64,000 bases of DNA from the NCBI RefSeq assembly GCF_009914755.1, contig NC_060941.1. One strand, given 5' to 3'. The position numbers and the translations under genes are program-made. The notes beneath the pieces were generated by a model. It had not been told where the DNA came from. It searched no databases and saw only the letters and a list, made by a program, of their open reading frames with translations. Each line of letters begins with the position of its first letter. Position 1 is the first letter of the stretch. Below, piece by piece: positions 26,326-42,680 of the stretch. The DNA is from the human T2T-CHM13v2.0 reference genome, Homo sapiens.

Positions 26326-28237
26326 CAGCCAATTTTTTTCTTTTTTTTGAGAAATAACTTTGTCTATATCTTATTCCAGAAATCTTTGGCTAGTTTTGGT
26401 AAGTTTTTGAGGTTTTAAATTTAAACTAAAATATGATACAATAGTGTCATCATTATGAGGTATAGTCATTCAATCTACCAATTTGTTGGAGTAGAAAAAA
26501 TTCTACTGGAAAGCCTCCCACCTGTTTATATAAGGGCAGGAGAATTTGCTGGCTTCTCTATATCACTGAGTTTTGTACTTTTGTAGATTATTCGATCTTA
26601 TAATGTGACCACAGGAAATCAAGTGAGTTTTTCACAGCAATTCATTTTTCTGAGTTATATCTCGAGGACTGAGTAAAGATCCTATTGACCCTTGTTCATA
26701 CACAAAGTCATGAATTTAGAGACCCTGGTATTTCAGGCTGTTGGGTGACTGCAGCTGTAAATAAATACTTATTAGATCCCAACTTCCTTGTAGCTAGTAG
26801 GAGATACATTTTGACTTCTGAGACACTCTACTGAGAGTGTTAATGATTAATATTAAGTATGGCCAGTAGTTGGGAAGGCTATTATAAGCACTACAGTTTT
26901 CAGAGGGCTTTCAACTTTTTTCTTTTTTTTTGTATTCTACCATGACCAAGCTATTGCAATCACATATGATAGACATAGAACCTGCAGTCTCTGGAGTGGC
27001 ATCTTGTTCAGACAGGGAGAAGGAGGGTGGAAGTATGGATGAAGGAAGTTTTGCCCTGAGTTATTTGTTGAAGCGAGGAGATGGGTACAAGGAGGTTGAT
27101 GTATAGTAAACTTACATCATTGTATTCTGCACAGTTAATCAGTCATATTTAGGTTTTTGTTTGTACTTATTTGGTAATTCTCAGCTGTGTTTTGATGAGT
27201 TGGATGGATTTATTTATTGTCTCATAGTGGCTATAGAATGATTGGATGAAGAATATAAATATAAATTGTTTTAGAAAATAAAACAAACTTAAAATTGGAG
27301 CAAGTACCAAGCAGATCTGAAATACAAACCAGAGGAAATAAATAATGCCGTTAAAATTACAAGTTCAGTGGATGGATCCAGGAACAGATTAAGCCAGGAT
27401 TATTGAACAAAATGTAGCTCTGAGGAAAATTTCCAGAATGCAGCTAAGTGACGAAGGAGGAAGTCAAGAAGGCATGAAGGCTATAATTAGAAGGTCTAAA
27501 TATGTCTAATCAGAGTTCCAGAAGAAGACACAAGAGAATAAGAAAACATTCAACAAAATAAAAAGTGAGAATTTTATAGAATTCTTTAAAAAAAACCCAA
27601 GTTCTCAGATTAAGGAGACCTAATGAATTCCAGGCAAAAGGAATAAAAATAAATCACTACACACATTGAGGCAGAAAACCAGATAATTACAAGCAGATAG
27701 AGAATAAATCACCAACAAAGGAATGGTGGTTAGACTGATGACTGACTCCTCAAAAGCAACAATGGACACTGGAAATGGAATAGAATCTTCAATGTGCTGG
27801 GAGGAAATAACTGCCATTCCGGAATTTTCTGACTCGGTAACATTATATTTGAAGAAGGGTAAAATAAAGCCATTTTCAACATTTAAAAAACTGAATTTGC
27901 CATCAACTTCTAAGTTTTCACTAAGAGCAATCTGAAAGAATGTGTTTTAAGCAGAAGGAAGATGATTCCAGATGAAAGTTCTGAGATGCATAAAAGAATT
28001 AAAATAATGAACAAATAGAGTGCTAAGCATGCGACCAAATGTAAATGTAAAGACAAGTATTGGCTATAAAATAATATATCTATTGAGAAGAAAAAACAAT
28101 ATGGAATTAAAGTAGATGAGGGCTGGAAGGGGATGAATGGAGTTAAATTGTTCTAAATTGCGGGACTGTTTAGGAAAACAGCAAACATACAGATTAACTT
28201 TAGATATTGACAGGTTAAGAATGCATATTATATTTTC

Positions 28238-28448
28238 CACACAGGGACACATGGCGGAGAACAACACACACTGGCACCTGTGGTTGGGGGGAAAGCATCA
28301 GGAAGAATAGCTAATGGACGCTAGGCTTAATACCTGGGTGTTGGGATGATCTGTGCAGTAAACCACCGTGGCACATGTTTACCTATGTAACAAAACTGCA
28401 CATCCTGCACATTTACCCCTGAACTTAAAATAAAAGTTGAAGAAAAAA
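28238..28448 (+). mobile_element. L1PA/PB 3'-end insert inside the L1M
   Basis: TSD AAGAATGCATATTAT(A/G)TTTTC at 28217 and 28449; L1 3' UTR with AATAAA-poly(A). Confidence 0.9.
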
Positions 28449-29432
28449 AAGAATGCATATTATGTTTTCTAATTTTATGGTTTTGCCTTTCACATGATGG
28501 CTCTTACAATGATCTGGAAATAAGCCAGTGAATTAGCACAAAGAGCTCAGAAACAGATCTGTTGCCTATAGAAACTAATTTTGTACGGCTTGGGCATTTC
28601 AAATCAATGAGGAAAGAAATGGAGTATCCCATATTTAACAAATGGCAGTTGTATTTCTGTCTAAGGCAAAATTTACCTAAAATATAAGAAAATGAATTCC
28701 AGATTCATTAAAGATAAAAATGTGAAAAGTTAAAAACTATACAACATTTAGAAGAAAACACAGAATAATATCTCTAGGAATTAGAGTAAAGGAGTATTTT
28801 TAAACAAGACACAAAAAGTGAAAACTGTGAAGTACAAAATTGATACTGATTTAGCAATTTTTATTCATTAAAATATACCATAATTATAATGAAAAAAGCC
28901 TCAAACAGGGAGCAGATATTTAGAAGTCATGTAACTGACAAGAAATTAGTTTCCAGAATATGGAAAATTCCTACAAATCAATAAGAAAAAGAAAAGCATC
29001 CCAGTGAGAAAGTGGGCAAAATATGAATAGATTTGCAGAGAAGAGGAAAGCTGAATGGCCCATTCCACATCTGCCAATCGGAAAAATTTAAAAAGTTGGA
29101 CGATAGCAAGGTGGCCGAGGGGAATTCCAGTCCATTCATGTTAGCTGTATAAGTAGGTACAATCACTTTGTAAAATAGTTTGAGATTATCTTAGAAGGCT
29201 GAACATTCATATAGCCATCACTCAGCAAACAATTCCTAGGTGTACACTTCAGAGAAACTCTTGTAAATATTGAACGATAGACATGTACAAGAATATTCAC
29301 AGAAGCATTGTTCATATTAACAACACACACACGTACTAACATACACACACACAACAGAAAACTGGAAACAACTCAAATGTTAAGAGTAGAATGAATAAAT
29401 GCGTTGATACATGTTCGTACAGTGGGATGCTA

Positions 29433-29792
<360 letters not shown>

Positions 29793-30952
29793 TTATTGAC
29801 ATGGATAAATATTAAAAAACATAATGCTGAAAAAAGACAACAGAATCCATCCAGATTTTATTGATATATAGTATAAAAACAGGCAAAACGAAATAATGTA
29901 TGCTTAAGAGATATACATATAGATAATGTAGATTGCAAATGATGGTCACAGATTCCTCCTGTCTCTGATGCACACTCCTTTGCAAGTCCTTTCAGAGTCT
30001 GAGGGGCATCTAGACCATTTCCAATTTTTGAAGCTCCTGGTATATTAAACAATTGAAAAAAATTTAAAGTGTTTATATTTCCTTTACATTACCATTTGCA
30101 ACACAAAATCTCATAATACAATAAACCTGTACCAATCACAAGATTTATTTAAAAAATACTAACTTATTTTAGTGTACTATAGGCTACGTGGTCCAGTGTG
30201 GGGGCATAGTTTCAACGGATGAGATGGATATCTTAATCGTGATCCTCCTGCGTCGGCTTCCCAAAATGTTGTGAGTACAAGTGTGAGCCACTGTGCCTAG
30301 CCAAGATGGATATAATCTTTTCATCCCAGAGGTGACGTTTGAAACCAGATAGGGCTGCATTTGGATTTAACATCCTAAATCTCTGACTGGGAAGCCACAG
30401 GCTCAACGGTCCTCTTCACCCCTGCAATTGGCTCCGTATCCGTGTTATTTTGCCCATGTCCAGTGTTATGCCAAGGACAAGTGAGTACTTATTTTACACA
30501 AGCTTGACTAAGAGAGAGCCCAACTGAATTCCTCCCAAAACAGAAGAATAATTTGTCACCAAGACTAATTCTAGTTCCTACCTCTAGAATCATAGTAAAG
30601 AAGTTACTGACAATTTAAAAATAATATTAGCACCTGTTTCTAGCCATCATTAGTTCATGAACGTTGAGGTCCAGTCTCAAACACCTACCTAAAAATGCAA
30701 ATCTGATTATTTCACTTCTGTAAAAAACTGACAACAGTATGTAGTCAAGTCCAATATACAGCTCTCAAAGATCTAGCTCCTGCCTACCTTTTTAGACCCC
30801 CTGGTCACCCCTCCATGCCTCAGATGGCACACTCCGGTAACACACACCACTGATTCCTCCATTCCATGCTTCTGTATACTCCATCCCCTTCTCTTCTTCT
30901 GCATGTCATCTCTTCCAGGAAGCCATCCCTGTGCTCTCAAATTCCTTCCCTC

Positions 30953-31059
30953 CAGGATGACCAACTGTCCTGGTTTGCCCAGGACACAGAGCTTTCTGCA
31001 ATGTGAGACTTTCAGAGTTAAAACTGGGACAGTCAGTCCCAGGACAGTTGGTCACCCCG
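30953..31059. mobile_element. hAT-Blackjack MITE (MER81/MER94-like)
   Basis: Terminal inverted repeats TGACCAACTGTCCTGG / CCAGGACAGTTGGTCA. Confidence 0.75.
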
Positions 31060-31492
31060 TTCATCTCTCCTGTGCATGTCTCTCTTTCTTGGGTATAGTG
31101 TGTGCATGGGCTTTGGCCCTGATTCCTTTGTGGAATGAGTGGGTGTGGGACATGGGGAATAGGATGAGATGAGAATGACTGGGTGGTGATAGTGGTACCC
31201 CATGGCAAGGGGGACACTGGGACAGGACTGGGAGATGGTTTGGGAGATGGTTTACTTAACATAATGACCTCCAGTTCCATCCATGTTGTTGCAAATGACA
31301 GAATCTCATTGCAAAGGGAAACATGGTGTGTTTGTGGAAATGCCAAGTTTGTAGCACTTGTGTCAGATTTAGGTGGAGGAGACCTGGATGAAGAGGAAGA
31401 CTGTTGAGTATTCTGATTTGGAGACCAGGCTGGGAGTGCATAATAAGGTACTGATAAGGTACGTAGGAAAGGTTTTCTCCAGTATTATTGAT

Positions 31493-32097
<605 letters not shown>

Positions 32098-33373
32098 CCA
32101 GTCTTGATGATTCTTATGTTTATCCCTCATATATAAATTACCACCATGATTCTAGTTCACTCAGTCTTCCAAAACTCCAGAGTCAAATCTGCACAGACAG
32201 ACCACAGGAAACAGCATCTCCTGGGAGAGGCTGCCATCTTGCATAGCCCTTGCTGCTGCCTGGAGGCTTCTTCTCTCTAAACTGCTGCATTATCACATCA
32301 TTGAGCGTTTCATTCATTGTGATAACTGAAGACTGTAGAATTTATGGTGCTTGTGAAAGCTCTAGAAAATATTGCCTAGCTATAGGCTATAATATTGTTA
32401 GCTAACTAAATGGTAATAACCAATTAGCATTGAACTTTTTTAGACTATGTTCTAAGGGAGAAATCATCAGTGATTTAATTTTCTGATATGCTTTTATGTT
32501 ACTTGGACAACCCAAACTTACTATTTTTGAAAACAAGTAAGCAAGTGACAAATCACTCACCATGTGTTTTTATTTTTCATGAGGCTTGTTTCTAAATACA
32601 AAGAACCATATAGGCTATCATATCTGAAAGAGCCCTTGAAAGTCATGTAGGCCATCCTCATTTTACAAATGAAAAGCTGAGGCATATGCAGATTAATGAC
32701 TTGCCTATAGCAACGGTACAAATATAGAAAGTTGAGATTAAGCTACATAATATTTGCTCTGCAAATTGATTTTTAGTGCTTTTGCATGACCCAGGAAAAC
32801 TGTCTTGGCAACAACATCCTGATGTATAAACAAAACTCTCATCAACGAAATTACTGCTTAAAAGGTGAATATAAGGTCTATACTCAATACATTTTTGTTT
32901 CTACCTGGGACTAGAGACCTCCTCTTTCAATATGGTCCTTCCCGTGCTACTAATCACACAAAATTGAAACAGGTGCTCTAAGATACGGCGGCGATCATTG
33001 GCTCCAGAATGCTCCTAGAGCAAGGCACGATGTATATGGATGCATCAGACTAGATGAAGAGATGTATTATTAATTCGTTTTTCAGAATGCAAACGGCAGA
33101 TGTGTTCACATTTCTGCTCGGTGGGGTATTTCATTACTTTTTAATGTGCACACACTTAAGTAAAAAGGGAAAAACAAACCATACAAAGCATCCGACTGGT
33201 TAAAAGAGAAGCTTCATATTGAAAATTTGTTGCAGAGTACAGGATTGAGCTTGAAATGGAGGGATGGAAAGAGAGAGGGAAAGAACGCTTTTCCCAACAC
33301 CTAATTTTGCAAGGAAGAGTTGTATTAATAAACAGGTTTTAGGAAAACTGCCTGTAAAGATTAACATCTTCTG

Positions 33374-33690
33374 GGCTGGGCGTGGTGGCTCACACCTGTA
33401 ATCCCAGCACTTCGGGAGGCTGAGGTGAGCGGATTGCTTGAGCCCAGGAGTTCAAAACCAGCCTGGGCAACATGGTGAAACCCCATCTTTACAAAAAATA
33501 CAGAATTTAGCCAGGCATGGTAGTGCGCGCCTGTGATCCCATTTACTCGCAAGGCTGAGGTGAGAGGATCCCTTGAGCCTGGCAAATTGAGGCTGCAGTG
33601 AGCGGTGATCACGTCACTGCACTCCAGCCTGAGCAACAGAGCAAGACACTGTCTCCAAACAAACAAACAGACACAAACAAACAAACAAAC
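33374..33690 (+). mobile_element. Alu (AluJ-like) with (CAAA)n tail
   Basis: Dimer; aac(a/g)tcttctg flanks. Confidence 0.93.
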
Positions 33691-33842
33691 GAACATCAAC
33701 GTCTTCTGAGTCAGGCAGTTGGCAAAAGATGAAATGAAGTTTTGACAACTGGTTTTTAAAAACAGAAACGTATCTGGGCAAATTAAACTATTTATGATTT
33801 GCTGAGTGCCTCCTGGGTGGTCAGACACTGCTCTGGAGGAGC

Positions 33843-34480
33843 TTGTGGTCTGGCAGAGGAAATGCTAACAAGGGCATGTATGAAAGGAGGAAGCAAAAGT
33901 CCTTAGAAAGTGCTGTGAAAAATCAGGAGGAGGTGAGGCTGAAAGCTGAAGAAGCCAGGAAGGCTTTCTAGAGGGGTGGCTTTCAGAGCAAGATGTGCAA
34001 CCTCTCCCTAGGATCTGGAGTCCTAGAGCAGGTGGGGAAGAGCAGGGCACTTACTCACCCCCAGACCTTTCCTGGAGGTGTGATCTGGGCTTGGATGGGA
34101 AGCACCGGCATGTGAAAGGCCCTGAGGCAGGGAAATGAGCAGAGGTGGGCTGGAAAGGAACCACTGAGTAGAGAAGGGAGGAAAGGAGGCTATAAAGGTC
34201 ACATTCATTCCATCTCTTCGTGTCTTAACTCTGAAAGAGTCAGAGAACTCCAAATAAAGACCGCTCACATTTTAACGTGGGTGGTAAGGAAGATGAGGGT
34301 CTGTGGGATGTGGGAGCAGAACAGTGAGAAAACATCTGAAAGCCACCCCGCTAGGAAGCCTTCCCCGGTTTCTTCGGCTTTCAGCCTCACTTCCTCCTGA
34401 TTTTTCACAGCACTTCCCAGGGATTCTTGCTTGCTCCTTTCCTATGGGCCCTTGTTAGTACTTCTTCTGCCGGACCCCAG
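33843..34480. repeat. Long inverted repeat, arms 33843-33987 and 34335-34480
   Basis: ~145-bp arms, ~84% complementary by hand alignment. Confidence 0.9.
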
Positions 34481-34505
34481 GGAACTCTGAAGATAAATAA
34501 TTGCA

Positions 34506-34790
34506 GGCTGGGCGCAGTGGTTCACGCCTGTAAGCCGAGGTGGGAGGATTGCTTGAATCCAGTTCAAGACCAGCCCTGTAAACATAGTGAGACTCCTTCT
34601 CTACAAAACATTAAAAAAAAAAAAAAATAGCAGGGTGCGGTGGCACGCACTTGTAGTTCCAGCTACTTTGGAGGCTGAAGTGGGAGGATTGCTTGAGCCC
34701 AGAAGGTCGAGGCTGCAGTGAGTGGTGACTGTGTCACTGAACTCCAGTCTGGGGAACAGAGCAAGAATCTGTCTCTAAAAAATCAACAAA
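34506..34790 (+). mobile_element. Alu (AluJ-like, internal deletion)
   Basis: TSD AAATAATTGCA. Confidence 0.92.
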
Positions 34791-35914
34791 AATAATTGCA
34801 TGAGTCAGGTCAATCTGCAGGCTTAGGGGGCCAGGTGATATGTTCATTGCGTAGTTGGAAAATAGCATGTGATAAGGTAATCAGTCCGGGGATAGTCCAG
34901 TTTGGGGTGTCAGAGGGTCAGGAGGAACAGCTCCACTGTGAGGAGCCCCATTTAACCTGATTTAGAAAAGGGAAGGCAGAGAAGCATCAGCGTTAAAACA
35001 GGGTTCCCTAGTGACCACAACCGTTGTAGACAGTACACCTTTTTGTGGTTTAGGGTTTTATTCCTGTAATATGTTTCCTAGCCTTATAAATCCGGGGCTT
35101 TACACCTTGCTGGGGACTTACTAGGTGTCAATGGAGATGTGGTTTATTAATTGTATTCTTTTTTAAGAATAAGTTGCTCCTATTTGGCTTTCACAATGCA
35201 GCTAATATTTTTGATGCCTCAGGTTCTATGAAGGCCTCATTGTTTGGCGTTTTCTACTTTTTTAAGCAATGAAAATGTGGAAAAGCCTGGAGCAATTTCT
35301 TATGCGTTTGACACATATGTTGAGGGATATTAAATAATTGCTGCCCAGAGTAAAATATAACAGGTTTTTATGGCCAACCCTTATGTTGACAGAGTGTACA
35401 GGCTGGTAGCTATGTATACTTTTTCAAAATAAATGCATCTCTGTGAAATGAGCTATCATCTGAAAGCATGGAGTAATTAAGGAGCAATATATTTGTTCCA
35501 AGGAACTGACATTAATGTTGACACACGATGTTTCTAGGCAATTTGATCTATACCAATAATTCACTTTCTTCCCTACAGCAGGACTCATTTTGTTCCTAAG
35601 TCATTGGAGGCTGTATTAGAGATTTATCTGGTGGCTTTTTAAAAGCACATTATTTACTACAGTGTGTGTTGAGCCACCATTTATGTTTATTGATCGTAAT
35701 AAGTATGGCATTCAACCAGAATTTGGATTCAGGTTTTTAATATCTAATTTAGATTCTTTCCCTTGATTACACTGACATAGGGCCTTAGCATTGTTAAAAC
35801 TGAAAAACTATACAGCAAATTTGACCCTAGATACAATGATCAATCAATCGAAGAGCAAAAATGGAAACCAGTTATTCTGGCTGGTCACAATCTCATATTA
35901 AAATGACTGATCTG

Positions 35915-36260
<346 letters not shown>

Positions 36261-36445
36261 TTATTTCTTAGTATCCCAGAAATTATCCAACCAACATTTT
36301 TGATGTGGAAATGTGAATGAAATCTCTTTTGGTAGAACTACAAGAAAGATTTTAAAGGTCGTATTTTTTCAGTTTTATCAACATGGACTTAGTAAGTAGC
36401 ATAACGTCATCAGACTGATCTGGTTCAACTTTTATGTTACAGAGT

Positions 36446-36812
36446 TGTGAGTTGTTGTGAGTTGTTTTTCAGTTCCATGGACCCCCTGAGCATGCCCAGA
36501 TGAACCAAGTGTGCAGGAACCTAAGTGCTTGGACTAAGGAGTGGGGACTGAATTAAGAAGCGGACACCCCATGGCAGGGTCCAGTCAGATCATGCCTCCC
36601 AGCATCACCTCATTGCAGGATCAGATCATCCTCATTACCCTATGGTTATGAAACCTGACCTAGCCTCAAGCTCAGGGAGACAGATTTGAGCATTTCCTTC
36701 AGTTTCCTTGTCAGTCTACTCACAATAAACCTTTCTCACTGCCAAAACCCAGTGCTTTGGTGCTTGACTTAACTTTGCCTGAGGGCAAACGGACCTGGTT
36801 TGGTTTGGTGAC
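36446..36812 (+). mobile_element. ERV-type solo LTR
   Basis: TG...CA ends, internal AATAAACC followed by U5-like segment; family uncertain. Confidence 0.6.
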
Positions 36813-36934
36813 AGTAGTTTGTGTGTTATTTTAAAGCATTGGTGTTTTAAAATTGTACTGAGATATTAATATACAGAGGTAATAATCCCCAAAGTAAAAC
36901 TATCATCATAAAACCTTTTTGGGATGGAATAGCT

Positions 36935-37223
<289 letters not shown>

Positions 37224-37954
37224 TGGAACAGCTCTTTTAATGAGAAAAGAATAAAGTCAATTTGAAAAAAAAAAAAAAAAAAGGCTTCAAACCCGAGCCT
37301 GATTCAAACATTTTAAATCTGTCTTTTAAAGACCATTCCAAAACTTATGCTTTTATCATAAAACAATTCATTGGTAATTTATTTTGGATTATTCTTCTGT
37401 ATTTCTCCTTGTAAGTGTATTTGCCCAGTGTGTTACTCTGACATGCCCCATGTTAGTAGCTGAACCGTTATTAACTATTGATCTATACCAATAATTCGTT
37501 TTGTTCCCTACTGCAGGGCTCATTTTGTTACTACATCATGTGAGGCTTTCTTAGAGATGTACCCAGTGGCTTTTTAAAAGCACACATTTTACTACCATGT
37601 GCGTCTGGTTACAATTTATGTGTGTGTATGTATGTGTGGGTATATATTACCTATATGCAGTGTATGTATATATACACATATATATGTATATATGTGTTCA
37701 CAACATTCTGATGTAAAGGATATGTCAGATTTCTATGTTCCTTGATTTAGAGAAAAAAGGTTGATGACTTATTTTTTCCATTTTCTAATTTATTGGGAAA
37801 TACGATATACATACATTTAACAACAGACCAAAGGAAAAAATGAAAGAATGCCTCCATCCTGGTGTGCATATTCATGTGCTATTCAAAACCACCCCACTTC
37901 ACTTTTTCCTCTTTTTTCCACTGATGATTCTGAGCACTCTGCTAATGTTATAGA

Positions 37955-38190
37955 TACCCAGGATTGAAAACACAGACTTTAGAGATCTGGACTTGAATCC
38001 TATTTCTGCTACTTGCTTGGGCATGGTTCATAACCTCTCTGAGCCTCACTTTCCTCATATGGAAAGTGGAAGACCATAATAATGGCCAGCATGGTGGTGG
38101 TGTGAGGATTAAATGAAATGCCATATCTGAAGTGCAGGTACAGCACCTGGCATGTAGGAAGCACCCAGTGAGGTGTAGCTTCTTAGTGGC
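37955..38190 (+). mobile_element. MIR
   Basis: aacctctctgagcctcactttcctcat...gtgaggattaaatga core. Confidence 0.8.
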
Positions 38191-38559
38191 AGCCGTGATC
38201 ATAGTAGAAGTACTGTAATTGTAAACTTGGTGGTGGTGGCAAGGAAAAGGCCACTAACATTTACCCTTCAGTATGCACTGAGCTAGTAGCATTGTGTCAT
38301 GGATGCTCACTGAGCCTGTGCAGCTAGTACAAGGTAAGCTGAAGGACAACCCGGAGGAAAATATAATTGAGAAAACACATGACTACTTTCAAACATTTAC
38401 AGTGACCCAGAAGTATAAGTGGGAGGAGCCATGAATGATTTACATAGAGGATCCACATCTCAGATATTTATGGATTACTTAAGATAATAGACTGTGTACT
38501 GGGCATTGAGGACAGAAAGATGGATAAGACAAGGTCCTGTCTTCCAGTCTTTCCCACTC

Positions 38560-38562
<3 letters not shown>

Positions 38563-38604
<42 letters not shown>

Positions 38605-38614
38605 TGTGTGTGTG
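38563..38614. repeat. (TG)n microsatellite (one interruption)
   Basis: Direct observation. Confidence 0.95.
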
Positions 38615-38782
38615 TCTGTATTGGGGTGGTGAGAGCCAGAGAAGAAAACCTGATGGATGAGACCATAAGAGATGAACTCACCTCCCTGGGTGATGTCCGG
38701 GGCTGGTTCCGTGCTTTTGCCCCAAGGAGTTCATAATGAAATGGAGAGGATGGATAACTCAAGCTCCACCTGACCTCCTAGA

Positions 38783-39080
38783 AGAGTGCTGTCCAGTACT
38801 GAGCCACATAGGTAATTTTAAATTTTCTACTAGCCAAATTAAAAAAGTAGAAACAGGTGAAATTAATTTTAATAATATCCTTTGTTTAACCCAATATATC
38901 CAAAACATAGACTCAATATACAATTCTTAATGGGATATTTATTTTATTTTTTGAATTACATCTTTGAAAAGTGGTGTGCATTTTACACTCAGAGTATATC
39001 TCTATTTAGACAAGCCACATTTCGAGGACTCAATAGGTACCTGTGGTTAGTGTCTACCTTAAGGGACAGGGTAGTTCTAG
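38783..39080. mobile_element. hAT-Charlie element (MER33-like)
   Basis: gtgctgtcca...taattttaaattttct...aaacaggtgaaattaattttaataatat signature. Confidence 0.75.
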
Positions 39081-39945
39081 AGCTCTGCTACTCAAAGTAT
39101 GGTCCTTGGCCTCACAGTTTCACAGTGTAGATATGCCCTCTGTCCCTTCCACTCCTCCTAAATTGGAATTTGCATTGTAACAAGATCCATGGTGAGCCCT
39201 CAGAGTTTGAGAGGGGCTGTCTGATGACTTGAAAATCTCATTTGAGGAAACTGCACACCCTCCCTTCTAGTCATATTTGTGCAGTACATTTCCTCATCAT
39301 AGATTAGGTAAACCATCTTATCATAGTCGGACCAAAGGTAGAGTTCAGTTTAGCCCTTGTTGGAACCAGTGGGATCTAGTTGGGTTTTTCTTAGTCGGAA
39401 GGTTGAGCTATTTGGCAGAAAATGAAGGAGAGACAGGACAAAGATGAGATACGAGTGTTTATTCAACCACAGAACAAATGACATCACCATTGTCATTGGA
39501 GCTCTTCTTTTCTGACATATGTTTTGAAAGGGAGAAAGGAGTGAAGAAGGGAAGAGAGTGAGAGCTTCCAAATTCATGGGGTTTTCGTTATGTCAGAGTT
39601 CTTCCCCTAGGGTTAGCCTCATGAGCACGTGAGCTTGGAAGGGCCTGGCACTTGGATTAATGCTCTGCTGTTGCAGTGTTGAAATTCTTGACAATTGGGT
39701 CCGGCATGCCTGCTTTATACCGAGCCCTGAAAATTATGTAGCTTGTCCTGCCTCCCCTAAATGTCCACTTACTATCCACCTGCAGGTGTAAGAGTCACAC
39801 TGGATTAGGTAGGTTTTGGGAGGCATTTTCTCTTTATGTGTGTGTATGTATGTGTGGGTATATATTATATATGTGGTGGGTGTATATATACACATATGTA
39901 TGTATATATGTGTTCACAACATTATGATATAAAGGATATGTGCTG

Positions 39946-40235
39946 GGCCAGGTACGGTGGCTCACGCCTGTAATCCCAGCACTTTCGGAGGCTGAGGCGG
40001 GCGGATCACGAGGTCAGGAGTTCGAGATCAGCCTGACCAACATGGTGAAACCCCATCTCTACTAAAAATACAAAAATTAGCCAAATGTGGTAGCACGTGC
40101 CTGTATTCCCAACTACTTGGAAGGCTGAGGTAGGAGAATTGCTTGAGGTGGAGGTTGCTGTGAGCGAAGATCAAGCCACTGCACTCCAGCCTGGGCAACA
40201 GGGAGAGACTCCATCTCAAAAAAAAAAAAAAAAAA
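39946..40235 (+). mobile_element. Alu (AluS-like)
   Basis: Dimer; aaaggatatgt / aagggatatgt flanks. Confidence 0.93.
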
Positions 40236-40859
40236 GGGATATGTCCCGGATCAGCTGGATCAGGTAGGTTTGGGAGGTGTTTTCTCTTTCACTTCCCCAT
40301 CACCACAATCTCTTTATAGCTTAAGAAATAAAAAAGAGATAACACAGGCCTTTGGGAGAATCGAGATCAATAATGCATTAGATAATGGTGTTCTGAGGCA
40401 GGATTTCAATGAAAGGCTAAGTGCTGTAACTATGTAACAAAACACCAGCACAGGACAAAGAGTAGGTTTCTCAATCAACAAGGATAAACAGCCCCACCCT
40501 CCCAACCTTGTCTCCAGGTTTACAATTATCTGCAGTGTTTGAATAGAGCTCAGAGATCTCTGGGCAGTGACAATGAGTCAGCTGGGCCCATTCATGTTGG
40601 AAGTTTTATATGGGTGAAAGTTAAAAATGTTAACTTGTTTCTATGTTGTAAAAATGTTAAACAAAGAATAAAAGTATATTCTCAAGATGACTCATGAGGA
40701 AAAAAGAAAGTATATTAGTAGTTTCAGAGCTCAGACCTGAATCAAATGCCTGAATCAAATCAAAAACTACTCAAAGCTTTGAGACCTAAGAAAGTCACTT
40801 TCTTTTAATACTAATGGACTTGGTATAATTTGTAATGCCTGCAGCTCAGAGTTTAGGCG

Positions 40860-41330
40860 GAGAGTCAGCCACATTGGCTTCACCTGGGGGCTGATTAGAA
40901 CCACAGATCTCAGGCCACCCCCACACCCCACACCCATCGCCACCACTGACCTGCTGAATAAGGATCTGTATTTTATCAAGATCTACAGGTGATCTGTGTG
41001 CCTATTAGAGTTTAAGAAGTGCTGTAATGTTGCACTCAGCAACTACTTATCTTGGCGGTGGTGGGAAGGGAGGAGGGAAATCTAACCCCTTCACAGGTGC
41101 ATCAACTTAGTGCCTAAGACTTCTTGAAGCATTATGGGAAAGCGAGGGTTCTCAAAGTGTGGGCTTCAGACTGGCAGCATCAGCAGCACCCAGGAGCTTG
41201 TGGCAGTGCAAATTCCCAGACTCTGATTATCTGGCTCAGAAACTCTGGGAGTGGGACCCCACAATCTGTGGCTCCATCTTAGCAAGTCTTTCCAGTGCTT
41301 CGGATGCATGGTAAAGTTGGAGAACCATGG
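40860..41330. mobile_element. Two MER5-type hAT MITEs (~40860-41025, ~41145-41330)
   Basis: ggttctcaaagtgtgg...cagcatcagcagcacc...aaagttggagaacca. Confidence 0.7.
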
Positions 41331-42333
41331 CTGTAAAGTATCAGTAGTCGAGGAGCAGGAAGATATTTCCACTGGTTGTACATTTTAGTTTAGAATGCTT
41401 GATCTTGTCAAGCGGAGCCCCACATTGAATCACATGTTTCATAAGGCAGTAATTCTAACTTTGAAAGAAGTCACGATGCTCTGACTAATTTGAAATTTAT
41501 TTTTATTTCTGAGGGAGATTTGGACATGGAAAGGGATGGCAAGAAGTGAAATGGTTGAAAAAATAAAGAGTATGACATGATCTGGCAATTATTAACCTGG
41601 GGAAGTGAAGAGTGAAAGAAGAAGCAATCGAGCCACATGTTATCTCTGTAAATGGTGAAGTGACTCACCCTAGGGCTCACCAGGAACAGGAAGATGTCGT
41701 TTCTTTCTTGCCTCCAAGTGGCAAGCAGGGACTGTGTGTCCTTCATTCATAGCTGCTTGAGAATCAATTACAATAGGTGGGATGCTGTGATAGCCAATAG
41801 GGTTCAGAAATCAAGACACAGTCCATGATTCCGAGGAGGCGGCAGCCTAGCTGGAGACGGTGACTAATCGGGAATTATATATAATGTTCACGAAAAGATT
41901 TGTGGATATAGAGGAAGGATCCCCAAGTAAAGCTGGGTGGGAGGGAGTCATTGAAGTTTTCCTGAAAGTGCAGAGTTTGAGGGAGAGTCCAAGCTGGAAA
42001 AGCACAGGGACATGGAGGTGGCCCACGCATCCCTAAAGTGCAGCGATGAGTAACTGGTGGATAAGTCACAGCCCATAAATCTCAGAATTCATCCATTCAC
42101 TCCACAAATATTTACTCAGTACCTGCTGAGGGCCTGGCACTGTTCTAGGCCATGAGGATACTTCCGTGAGCAAGACAAACACAAATTCCTGCTGACAAGG
42201 CTTCATTCTAGCAAAGGGATATAAACCCCATACAGATAATATATATGTAAATTATAAGACAATGTGATGTAATCACACTGGAAAGGTAGAGAAATGGCAA
42301 CCGGAGGTGTGAGATGGTGTAAGAATCCTGTGA

Positions 42334-42680
<347 letters not shown>

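Larger units (their letters stand above)
37615..39941 (+). repeat. Dispersed direct duplication, copies 37615-37730 and 39833-39941
   Basis: Shared TTTATGTGTGTGTATGTATGTGTGGGTATATATTA...TGTGTTCACAACATT(C/A)TGAT(G/A)TAAAGGATATGT. Confidence 0.88.
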
